32,000 nucleotides of DNA from Kineococcus radiotolerans SRS30216 = ATCC BAA-149 (lineage in GTDB: Bacteria; Actinomycetota; Actinomycetes; Actinomycetales; Kineococcaceae), in assembly GCF_000017305.1 (NCBI RefSeq), contig NC_009664.2, positions 150,001 through 182,000 on the forward strand, in the 5' to 3' direction. The position numbers were made by a program, and so were the translations under genes. Below, one piece after another: positions 24,135-32,000 of this stretch. Below the pieces are notes generated by a model. The model had not been told where the DNA came from. It worked only from the letters and a program-made list of their open reading frames with translations, and searched no databases. Each line of letters begins with the position of its first letter. Within the stretch, counting starts at the first letter, position 1.

Positions 24135-25529
24135 GTGTCGGTGGCGGTCGATACCGTCGAAATCGTGATCACCCCCTGGAGCGTCGAGCAGGTGCTCGCG
24201 CTGGCTCCCGACGCCTCGAGCGCCGCCGCTGGGCGCAAGCTCAGCGCGCCGGCCCCGTGGTCGCAGACCGGGGTCCTCGGTCCCGCCGGAGGGACGGGCG
24301 AGGCGCTGTGGGGGTTGTGCCAGGGGTCGGGCAAGACCCCGTACCAGACGGTCGTCGACCTGACCGGCCCGGCGTACAAGTGCTCCTGCCCCAGCCGCAA
24401 GTTCCCCTGCAAGCACGCTCTGGGCCTGCTGCTGCTGTGGGCCGGGGGAGCCGTCCCCGAAGCGAGCGCACCCGCCGCCTTCGGCGAGGCGTGGCTGTCC
24501 GCCCGCGCCGAGAAGGCCACGCACCCCGTGCCCCCCGCCCGGCCCGGCGCGCCGCCCGCGGACCCGGCCGCCGCCGCCCGCCGCGTCGAGCAGCGCGCCG
24601 CCCGCACCTCCGCGGGGGTCGAGGAGCTCTCGCGGTGGCTGCGCGACCAGGCCCGGACGGGGCTGGCGGGTGCGGACCACGCCGGCTACCAGCGCACCGA
24701 CCCGGTCGCCGCGCGCCTGGTCGACGCGCAGGCCGGTGCGCTCGCCACCGCCGTCCGCCGGCTCGCGCGGGTCGCGGTCAGCGGGCCGGACTGGTCCGCG
24801 CGCCTGCTGGAGGAGCACGCGATGCTCCACCTGCTGACCGCCGCCCACGCCCGCCTGGACACGCTGCCGGCGCCGCTGGCCGCCACCGTCCGCTCCCGCG
24901 TCGGTTACCCGGTGCGCACCGAGGACGTCCTCGCCGAGCCCGCCGTGCGCGACCGGTGGAGCGTGCTGGACCTGCGCGACCACGTCGAGGACCGGCTGGT
25001 CACCCGACGGGCCCACCTCGTGGGTGAGCGCACCGGGCGCACCGCGGTCGTGCTGTCCTTCGCCCCGCCCGGGCGGCCCCTGGACGCCTCCCTGGTGCCC
25101 GCCACCAGCATCGAGGCCGACCTGCACTTCCACCCCGGCGCGCACCCGCTGCGCGCGGTCGTCGGCGCCCGCCACGGCGACCCGGGCCCGCTGGGCGTCG
25201 TCGCGGCCGAGACGGTCGGGGCCGCGCACGCCCGGTGGGCCGGCGCGCTGGCCGCGGACCCGTGGTTGGGCGAACTGCCCGTGGTGCTCGCCGACGTCGC
25301 CCTCGCCGCACCCGTGGGGCACGCACCGACCACGCGCACCGCACCGGAACGGGACGGGTGGTCCCTGGTGGACACCGCCGGGCACGCCGCACCTCTCGCC
25401 GGGTCCGAGGGGGTGTGGACGGTGCTGGCCGTCACCGGAGGGCTGCCCTGCACGGTCGCCGGGGACTGGACCCCGGACGGGCTGCGGTTGAGCGCCGCCG
25501 TGACCGGGGAAGGGCTGGTCCGGCTGTGA
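24135..25529 (+). CDS. SWIM zinc-finger family protein
   Basis: 464 aa. CxCx6CxH SWIM signature YKCSCPSRKFPCKHALGLLLLW (24381-24416). N-terminal WSVEQVLALAPDASSAAAGRKL is typical of actinobacterial SWIM proteins that head this operon type. Confidence 0.85.
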   Translation: MSVAVDTVEIVITPWSVEQVLALAPDASSAAAGRKLSAPAPWSQTGVLGPAGGTGEALWGLCQGSGKTPYQTVVDLTGPAYKCSCPSRKFPCKHALGLLLLWAGGAVPEASAPAAFGEAWLSARAEKATHPVPPARPGAPPADPAAAARRVEQRAARTSAGVEELSRWLRDQARTGLAGADHAGYQRTDPVAARLVDAQAGALATAVRRLARVAVSGPDWSARLLEEHAMLHLLTAAHARLDTLPAPLAATVRSRVGYPVRTEDVLAEPAVRDRWSVLDLRDHVEDRLVTRRAHLVGERTGRTAVVLSFAPPGRPLDASLVPATSIEADLHFHPGAHPLRAVVGARHGDPGPLGVVAAETVGAAHARWAGALAADPWLGELPVVLADVALAAPVGHAPTTRTAPERDGWSLVDTAGHAAPLAGSEGVWTVLAVTGGLPCTVAGDWTPDGLRLSAAVTGEGLVRL

Positions 25530-27241
25530 CGACACCCGACGCCGCTGACGCCGGCCCCGCTCCCGTCGACGTCGCTCCCGTCGACACCGCTCCCGTCGGC
25601 ACCGGCGGAACCGCCGGCGGAGCGGGCTGGAACGCGCTCGTGGGGGCCGCTCTACTGGGCACCGACCGCCGCCCCGCCGAGCTCACCGCGCTGCCCGGCC
25701 CCGTCGCCGCGGCGCTGTCGGGGGTGCGGACCGCGACGGGCGGAGCGGACGCCGCGACCACCCTGCTCGACGCCGCCGCCCTGCTGACGACCTACCGCCG
25801 CGCCGGGCGTGCCCCGCTGCCCGGGCGCGCTCCCCTCCCCCCGGCGCCGAGCAGCGGTGAGCACCCGGTGCCGGCGGCCGCCGCCGTCCGCCTGGGCTCG
25901 CTGCTGGCCCGGCTGGACCCGGCCACCCGCGGCGGTGGTGGCAGCGGTCGAGCGGATCACCTGCTGCGGACGTGGCTGCACCTGGCGGAGGAGGCCGGCT
26001 GCACCGTCCCGCCACCGCGGTTGCCCGCCCTGCTGGACCTGGCCGTGCGGCGCACCGACGTCGCCGCGGCCCTGGCCCCCGTGCTCGGTGCGCGCGGCTG
26101 GTGGCTGGCCGCGCTGCGCGAGGACTGGAACGCCGCTGTCGGCCCCCACCGCGTCCCCGCTCAGCGCGACGGGCAGGAACAGGCCGCACCCGGACCGACG
26201 GCACAGGAACCGCCCGCACGGGAACCGAGCAGCACCTGGGAGCACGGCACCAGCGCCGAGCGCCGCGCCTGGTTGGGGCGGCTGCGCCACGGGGATCCGG
26301 CGGCGGCCCGCGCCGTGCTCCTGGCCTCGGCGTGGCGTTCGGAACGGGCGGAGGACCGCGTGGCCTTCGTCGCGGTGCTGGCCGACGGTCTCGCGGACGA
26401 GGACGAGGAGCTCCTCGAACGTGCCCGCGCCGACCGCAGCCTGGACGTGCGCCGCGACGCCGAACGGCTGCTCGCGCGGCTGCCGGCGGCGGCGTGGACC
26501 CAGCAGGTGCGCCGAGCCGCCACCGCCGCCGTGCACCTGGAGCGGCGCCGGCTGCGACGCACCCTCGTCGTCACCCTGCCCGACCCCGCCGACCCCGCTC
26601 TGCCCACCGTGAGCACCGGCAACGCCCCCGCCGGCGTCGGCCCGGGCACCTGGGCGCTGCAGCACCTCGTCGCGCTCACCCCGCCCGCCGCCTGGGAGGA
26701 GGCGCTCGGTGAGAGCGCCGAGCAGCTGGCGGCGCTGCCCGTCGACGGCGGTCTCGGCCCGGAACTGCACGGGGCCTGGGTGCAGGCCACGGTCCTGCAC
26801 CGCGACGCGCGCTGGGCACGGGCGCTGCTCGCCGCCGGTCGCCGCGCCGAGCACGACACGACGCTGCTGTCCGTGCTGCCGGCGGCCGAGCGGGTCACGG
26901 CCGTCGCGGGGCTCGTCGCCGCGGCCACGCGCACCGGGACCGGTGACGACGGCACCAGCGGCCGCGTCGGGGCGGCGGTCGCGTCCTGTCCCGCCCCGTG
27001 GCCGCAGCCGCTGGCCGACGCGGTCCTCGGCTGGCTCCTCGGCGCCGCCCGGCGCAGCCGCTGGGTGACCCACGACCTGCTGGAGCGGGCCGCGCACGCG
27101 CTGCCCGCCACCGCCGCCGGCGCCGACGCCCTCCGCACCGCCATCGACGCCCTGCCCGCCGACACCCCCTGGCGGGCCGCCCTGAGCGACGTCGCCGACA
27201 CCGTGGCCGAACGCCACCAGATGCTCGAGGAGCTCCGTTGA
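25526..27241 (+). CDS. Conserved hypothetical protein (DUF5691-like), Ala/Leu/Arg-rich, probably helical
   Basis: 571 aa from GTG 25526 (GTGA overlap with the SWIM stop). High GC3. No catalytic motif is visible. The DUF assignment comes from its position in the conserved SWIM/AAA/VWA operon and is from memory. Confidence 0.7.
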   Translation: MTTPDAADAGPAPVDVAPVDTAPVGTGGTAGGAGWNALVGAALLGTDRRPAELTALPGPVAAALSGVRTATGGADAATTLLDAAALLTTYRRAGRAPLPGRAPLPPAPSSGEHPVPAAAAVRLGSLLARLDPATRGGGGSGRADHLLRTWLHLAEEAGCTVPPPRLPALLDLAVRRTDVAAALAPVLGARGWWLAALREDWNAAVGPHRVPAQRDGQEQAAPGPTAQEPPAREPSSTWEHGTSAERRAWLGRLRHGDPAAARAVLLASAWRSERAEDRVAFVAVLADGLADEDEELLERARADRSLDVRRDAERLLARLPAAAWTQQVRRAATAAVHLERRRLRRTLVVTLPDPADPALPTVSTGNAPAGVGPGTWALQHLVALTPPAAWEEALGESAEQLAALPVDGGLGPELHGAWVQATVLHRDARWARALLAAGRRAEHDTTLLSVLPAAERVTAVAGLVAAATRTGTGDDGTSGRVGAAVASCPAPWPQPLADAVLGWLLGAARRSRWVTHDLLERAAHALPATAAGADALRTAIDALPADTPWRAALSDVADTVAERHQMLEELR

Positions 27242-28380
27242 CCGTCCCCACCACCAGCCCGGACCACGACGCGAACGGCGGGGGAACCGGCCGCCCCGAG
27301 GAGGCGGTGCTGCGACCGCACGCCGAGCAGGCCTTCGCCGCCGAGCTGGCCGCGCTGGCCGCCGCCGACGACCGGCCCCGTCCGCCGGCGTGGCGGCTGT
27401 CGCCGTGGGCGGTGACCACGTACCTGCTCGGGGGCGTCCTGCCCGACGGCACGGTCATCAGCCCCAAGTACGTCGGTCCCCGCCGCCTCGTCGAGGTGGC
27501 GGTCGCGACCCTGGCCACCGACCGGGCCCTGCTGCTGCTGGGGTCCCCCGGCACCGCCAAGACGTGGGTGTCGGAGCACCTCGCCGCGGCCGTCAGCGGC
27601 CGCTCCACGCTGCTGGTGCAGGGCACCGCGGGCACCGCGGAGGAGGCGATCCGCTACGGCTGGAACTACGCCCGACTGCTCGCCGAGGGACCCAGCGCCG
27701 CCGCGCTGGTGCCCTCGCCGGTGATGAGCGCCATGGAGCAGTCCGCCATCGCCCGCATCGAGGAGCTGACCCGCATCCCCTCCGACGTGCAGGACGCCCT
27801 GATCACCGTGCTGTCGGAGAAGACGCTGCCCGTCCCCGAGCTGGGGATCGAAGTGCAGGCGCGGCAGGGCTTCAACGTCATCGCCACCGCCAACGACCGC
27901 GACCGCGGCGTCAACGAGCTGTCCTCCGCGCTGCGCCGCCGCTTCAACACCGTCGTGCTCCCGCTGCCGGGGAGCGAGGACGAGGAGGTCGACATCGTCA
28001 CCCGCCGGGTCGCGCAGCTCGGCACCGCGCTGGAACTGCCTCCCGTGCCGGCGGCGACGGAGGAGATCCGTCGCGTCGTCACCATCTTCCGCGAACTGCG
28101 CTCGGGGCAGACCACCGACGGGCGCACCCGCCTGAAGAGCCCCTCGGGCACCCTCTCCCCCGCCGAGGCGATCTCCGTGGTGACCCAGGGGATCGCCCTG
28201 GCGGCGCACTTCGGCGACGGGCAGCTGCGCCCCCACGACGTCGCCGCCGGCATCCTCGGCGCCGTGGTCAAGGACCCCGTCGCCGACCGCGCCGTCTGGA
28301 CCGAGTACCTCGAAGCCGTCGTCCGCGAGCGCCGCGACTGGGCGCCGTTCTACCGCGCGTGCCGCGAGGTGAGCGGATGA
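27238..28380 (+). CDS. AAA+ ATPase, MoxR/AAA_5 (dynein-related) type
   Basis: 380 aa from TTG 27238 (TTGA overlap). Walker A LLLLGSPGTAKT (27541-27564), Walker B-like AIARIEELTR, then sensor/arginine region NVIATANDRDRGVNELSSALRRRF. Confidence 0.88.
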   Translation: MTVPTTSPDHDANGGGTGRPEEAVLRPHAEQAFAAELAALAAADDRPRPPAWRLSPWAVTTYLLGGVLPDGTVISPKYVGPRRLVEVAVATLATDRALLLLGSPGTAKTWVSEHLAAAVSGRSTLLVQGTAGTAEEAIRYGWNYARLLAEGPSAAALVPSPVMSAMEQSAIARIEELTRIPSDVQDALITVLSEKTLPVPELGIEVQARQGFNVIATANDRDRGVNELSSALRRRFNTVVLPLPGSEDEEVDIVTRRVAQLGTALELPPVPAATEEIRRVVTIFRELRSGQTTDGRTRLKSPSGTLSPAEAISVVTQGIALAAHFGDGQLRPHDVAAGILGAVVKDPVADRAVWTEYLEAVVRERRDWAPFYRACREVSG

Positions 28381-30758
28381 GCACGGGCACGCCCGGTGCC
28401 GCCGGTGCGTCCACCGGCGGCGCGGGCGCGGGTCCCGCGACGGCTGCCGTCGTGGAGGTCCTCGGGGTGCGCCACCACGGTCCCGGGTCCGCGCGTGCGG
28501 TCCGGGCCGCGCTGGAACGGCTGCAGCCCGACGTCGTCCTCGTCGAGGGCCCCGCCGACGCCGACCCGGTGGCCGCGCTCGTCGCCGACCCGGGCCTCGT
28601 ACCGCCCGTCGCGCTGCTCGCCCACGTCACCGACGCGCCCGGCACCGCGGCGTTCTGGCCGTTCGCGGTGTTCTCGCCGGAGTGGCAGGCGGTGGTGTGG
28701 GCGCACGAGCGTGGCGCGCGGGTCCGCTTCTGCGACCTGCCCTCCAGCACCAGCCTCGCCCTGCGCGACACCGGCACCGAGGACCCCGAGGACACCGAGG
28801 CTCCAGGAGGGTCGCAGCAGGACCTCGGGCAGGCCGCTGGGACCGAGCAGGCCGGGGAGCGCGGCGAACCCGACGCGGCGGCCCCGGCCCCTTCGGCGGA
28901 CCTGCTGGGCGTGCGCCGCGACCCGCTGGCCGCCCTGGCCGCCGCGGGCGGCTACGACGACCCGGAACGCTGGTGGGAGGACGTCGTGGAGTCCCGGCTG
29001 GACACCCCGACCCCCTTCGCCGTCCTCACCGAGGCGATGGCCGAACTGCGCGCCGCGGCACCCGCGCTGCCGGCGGCGCAGCAGCTCACCGAGGACCGCC
29101 GCGAGGCGCACATGCGTCAGGTGCTGCGCGAGGTCCTCAAGGGCGGGGCCCGGCGGGTCGCCGTCGTCTGCGGTGCCTGGCACGCGCCCGCCCTGACCGG
29201 GACGTTGCCCTCCGCCGCCTCCGACGCCCGCCTGCTGCGCGGGGCCCCGAAGCGGCGCACCAGCGTGACCTGGGTGCCGTGGACGCACTCCCGGCTCGCG
29301 CACGCCTCCGGTTACGGCGCCGGCATCACCTCCCCCGGCTGGTACCACCACCTGTTCACCGCCCGCGACGAGCCCGTCCCCCGCTGGCTGACCAGGGTCG
29401 CCGGGGTCCTGCGCGCGGAGGACCTGCCCGTCTCCAGCGCCCACGTCATCGAGGCCGTGCGGCTGGCCGACACCCTCGCCGTCCTGCGCGGACGGCCCCT
29501 GGCCGGGCTGGCCGAGGTCACCGAAGCCACCCGCGCGGTCATGACCGGAGGGGACGACGCCCTGCTCGCGCTCGTCACCGACCGCCTCGTGGTCGGCGAG
29601 GCCATGGGCTCCGTCCCCGAGGGGGCCCCCACGGTCCCGCTGGCCGCGGACCTGCGCGCGAGCGCCAAGCGGCTGCGGCTGGCGCAGGAGTCCGCCGAGC
29701 GGGGACTGGAACTGGACCTGCGCAAGGACACCGACGCCGCTCGCAGCCGCCTGCTGCACCGGCTGCGGCTGCTGGGCGTGGACTGGGGCGTGCCCACCCG
29801 CTCGCAGGTCCGCAGCACCGGGACCTTCCGCGAGGCGTGGCGGCTGGTGTGGGCGCCCGAGCTCGCCGTGTCGGTCGTGGAGGCCTCCCTGTGGGGCACC
29901 ACGGTGGCGGCCGCGGCGAGCGCGAAGGCGGTCTCCGACGCCGCGGGGGCCCCGCTGCCCGCGCTCACCGCGCTCGTCGAGCGGTGCCTGCTGGCCGACC
30001 TGCCCGAGGCCCTGCCGGTGGTGGTCGACGCGGTGGGTGAGCGCGCCGCGCTCGACCTCGACGTCGCCCACCTCATGGCGGCGCTGCCCGCGCTGGTGCG
30101 CGCCGCCCGCTACAGCGACGTCCGCGGCACCAGCGCGAGCGCGCTGACCGCCGTCGCGAGCGGCCTGCTCGTGCGCACCTGCGCGGCGCTCCCGGCGGCG
30201 GTCACCAGCCTCGACGACGCCGGAGCCACCGCGCTGCGCGCAGCGCTGGACGACGTGCACGCCGCGGTCCTCCTGTGGGAGGACCCCGACGCGAGCGAGC
30301 GGTGGTCGGCCGCGCTGGCCGGGGTCTCCGCGCGCACCGACGTCCACGGTCTGCTCACCGGCCGCACCACCCGCCTGCTGCGCGACACCGCGCGGTTGAG
30401 CCCGGCCGGAGCCGCCCGCCGACTCCGCCGCGCTCTCTCGGTCGGCACCCCCGCCCCCGCCCAGGCGGCCTGGGTCGAGGGGTTCCTCGGCCGCGACGGG
30501 CTGCTGCTGGTCCACGACGCGGACCTGCTCGCGCTGCTCGACGGCTGGGTGTGCTCCCTGCCGGAGCGGGAGTTCACCGAGGTCCTGCCGCTGCTGCGCC
30601 GCACCTTCGGCGCCTACGACCGCGGCGAGCGCCGCAGCATCGGCGACGCCGTCACCCGCCGCCCCACCACCACGACCGCCGCGGCCGCGGTGGTCGACGA
30701 CGCCCTCGCCCTGCCCGCGCTGCGCACCGCGGCGCTCCTGCTCGGAGGACCCGCGTGA
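28377..30758 (+). CDS. Large conserved protein (DUF5682-like) with an N-terminal TraB/PrgY/Tiki-like domain
   Basis: 793 aa from ATG 28377 (ATGA overlap). N-terminal VEVLGVRHHGPGSARAVRAALERLQPDVVLVEG, and later EDRREAHMRQVLREVLKGGARRVAVVCGAWHAPAL. Together these reproduce the GxxH...E...RD..M...GxxH pattern of TraB-family proteins. Confidence 0.75.
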   Translation: MSTGTPGAAGASTGGAGAGPATAAVVEVLGVRHHGPGSARAVRAALERLQPDVVLVEGPADADPVAALVADPGLVPPVALLAHVTDAPGTAAFWPFAVFSPEWQAVVWAHERGARVRFCDLPSSTSLALRDTGTEDPEDTEAPGGSQQDLGQAAGTEQAGERGEPDAAAPAPSADLLGVRRDPLAALAAAGGYDDPERWWEDVVESRLDTPTPFAVLTEAMAELRAAAPALPAAQQLTEDRREAHMRQVLREVLKGGARRVAVVCGAWHAPALTGTLPSAASDARLLRGAPKRRTSVTWVPWTHSRLAHASGYGAGITSPGWYHHLFTARDEPVPRWLTRVAGVLRAEDLPVSSAHVIEAVRLADTLAVLRGRPLAGLAEVTEATRAVMTGGDDALLALVTDRLVVGEAMGSVPEGAPTVPLAADLRASAKRLRLAQESAERGLELDLRKDTDAARSRLLHRLRLLGVDWGVPTRSQVRSTGTFREAWRLVWAPELAVSVVEASLWGTTVAAAASAKAVSDAAGAPLPALTALVERCLLADLPEALPVVVDAVGERAALDLDVAHLMAALPALVRAARYSDVRGTSASALTAVASGLLVRTCAALPAAVTSLDDAGATALRAALDDVHAAVLLWEDPDASERWSAALAGVSARTDVHGLLTGRTTRLLRDTARLSPAGAARRLRRALSVGTPAPAQAAWVEGFLGRDGLLLVHDADLLALLDGWVCSLPEREFTEVLPLLRRTFGAYDRGERRSIGDAVTRRPTTTTAAAAVVDDALALPALRTAALLLGGPA

Positions 30759-32000
30759 GCACCGACGGCCCCACCACGGGCACCACCGCCGAGACCGTCG
30801 GCACCACCACCGGCGAGGCCGAGGACGGGGCCCTCGCCCCGCTGGTCGACGACGCCGGCCGCGCCCGTCGCTGGCGGCTGCTGCTCGGCGACGCCGCGGA
30901 CGGGTGCGCCCCGCGCCTGGCCGGGGCGGACGCCGCGGTGGACGCCGCGCTGGCCGCGCTCTACGACGTCCCCGACGCGTCGGCGGGGACGCGGGGGCGG
31001 CGCTCCGCCGGCCTGGGCGGTTCCGCCCCGCGGGTGGCGCGGTGGCTGGGCGACATCCGCACCTACTTCCCCTCCAGCGTCGTGCAGGTCATGCAGCGCG
31101 ACGCCGTGGAACGGCTGGACCTGACGCGGCTGCTGCTGGAGCCCGAACTGCTCGGCGCCGTCCAGCCGGACGTGAACCTCGTCGGCACCCTGCTCAGCCT
31201 GAGCCGCGTCCTGCCCGAACGCACGAAGGAGACCGCGCGCCAGGTCGTCGCCGAGGTCGTGCGCCAGATCGAGGCCCGCGTCGCCGACCGCACCACCTCC
31301 GCGGTGACCGGGGCCCTCGACCGCGCCGCCCGCACCCACCGGCCCCGCCTCCCCGACGTGGACTGGAACGCCACGATCCGCGCCAACCTCACCCACTACC
31401 TGCCCGAGCACCGCACCGTGGTGCCCGAGCGGCTCGTCGGGCACGGCCGCCGCCAGCAGGTCGTGGCCAAGGAGGTCGTCCTGGAGATCGACCAGTCCGG
31501 GTCGATGGCCGAGTCCGTCGTCTACGCCAGCGTGTTCGGGGCGGTGCTGGCGAAGATGCGCACCCTGAAGACCACCCTCATCGCCTTCGACACCGAAGTG
31601 GTCGACCTCACCGATTCCCTCACCGACCCCGTCGACGTCCTCTTCGGTGTCCAGCTGGGCGGGGGGACCGACATCAACCGGGCCATCGCCTACGGGCAGG
31701 AACGCATCACCCGCCCCGCGGACACGTTGTTCTTCCTCATCAGCGACCTCTTCGAGGGCGGGGTCCGTGACGAGATGGTCAAGCGGATGGCGGCGATGAA
31801 GAGCGCTGGGGTCCAGGTGATCGTCCTGCTGGCCCTCTCCGACAGCGGTGCCCCCGCCTTCGACCGCGAGAACGCCGCCGCGCTGGCCGCACTGGGCATC
31901 CCCGCCTTCGCCTGCACCCCCGACGCGTTCCCCGACCTGCTGGCGCTGGCCATGACGGGCGGCGACGTCGGCGCGTGGGCGCAACGCGAGATCGCCGCGG
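30755..32000 (+). CDS. VWA domain-containing protein (3' end beyond the window)
   Basis: Absent from the ORF track (no stop in the window). GTG 30755 (GTGA overlap) is preceded by GGAGGA. My translation gives ...VARWLGDIRTYFPSSVVQVMQRDAVERL...KEVVLEIDQSGSMAES (MIDAS DxSxS, 31490-31504)...GGGTDINRAI...FFLISDLFEGG. The frame is open to base 32000. Confidence 0.85.
   Translation, partial: MSTDGPTTGTTAETVGTTTGEAEDGALAPLVDDAGRARRWRLLLGDAADGCAPRLAGADAAVDAALAALYDVPDASAGTRGRRSAGLGGSAPRVARWLGDIRTYFPSSVVQVMQRDAVERLDLTRLLLEPELLGAVQPDVNLVGTLLSLSRVLPERTKETARQVVAEVVRQIEARVADRTTSAVTGALDRAARTHRPRLPDVDWNATIRANLTHYLPEHRTVVPERLVGHGRRQQVVAKEVVLEIDQSGSMAESVVYASVFGAVLAKMRTLKTTLIAFDTEVVDLTDSLTDPVDVLFGVQLGGGTDINRAIAYGQERITRPADTLFFLISDLFEGGVRDEMVKRMAAMKSAGVQVIVLLALSDSGAPAFDRENAAALAALGIPAFACTPDAFPDLLALAMTGGDVGAWAQREIAA

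Noticed and set aside
15066-31984. Antisense giants 15066-16844, 16562-17920, 18137-19561, 19300-20964, 20078-21997, 22176-23714, 23991-25535, 25652-27217, 26161-28236, 28350-30515 and 30614-31984
   Set aside because: Shadow ORFs opposite well-supported plus-strand genes. They have no motifs and a skewed Arg/Gly/Pro composition.
1-32000. Search for CRISPR arrays, rRNA/tRNA genes, integrase or att sites, and toxin-antitoxin pairs
   Set aside because: I found no regularly spaced 25-40 bp repeats, no rRNA-like or cloverleaf-compatible segments, and no integrase or recombinase motifs. The only small adjacent gene pair is the orphan pair at 22755-23898, listed as a finding, and it shows no TA-like signatures. 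The only mobile-element trace is the IS5-like relic.

Overview
High-GC (about 73-75%) actinobacterial-type chromosomal DNA, densely coded. There are no rRNA or tRNA genes and no CRISPR array. Gene calls rest on recognisable motifs, third-position GC, SD-like sequences and start/stop coupling; family names are from memory, since no search could be run. Most long ORFs in the six-frame track are antisense or off-frame GC artefacts.

The window has four blocks.

(1) 1-12661: a nucleobase catabolism and salvage supercluster. It holds xanthine-dehydrogenase-family subunits, two PucR-type regulators and the uricase pathway operon uraD-uraH-uox-guaD. It also holds a MocA-like cytidylyltransferase, an FCY1-type cytosine deaminase with an NCS1 permease, and an adenosine-deaminase-family gene coupled to a luciferase-like monooxygenase.

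(2) 12883-21694: an amidohydrolase followed by an eight-gene cluster matching the 'Nit1C / MSMEG_0565-0572 / Sll0783-0787 nitrogen-starvation' cluster. Its genes are a small Sll0783-like protein, a radical SAM enzyme, a GNAT-PurM-like fusion, a nitrilase, a small MSMEG_0570-like protein, a flavoprotein, a glycosyltransferase and a second CN-hydrolase paralog. To my knowledge its metabolite and function are unassigned, and the second CN-hydrolase visibly lacks the catalytic Glu and Cys.

(3) 21697-24134: a decayed junction with an IS5-like transposase relic, a hairpin flanked by direct repeats, and two orphan ORFs.

(4) 24135-32000: a five-gene, fully translationally coupled operon (SWIM zinc finger, DUF5691-like, MoxR/AAA_5 ATPase, DUF5682-like, VWA). 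It is conserved but has no known function. Its large subunit carries an N-terminal TraB/PrgY/Tiki-like GxxH...E...GxxH signature.

Blocks 2 and 4 are the best candidates for undescribed biology.
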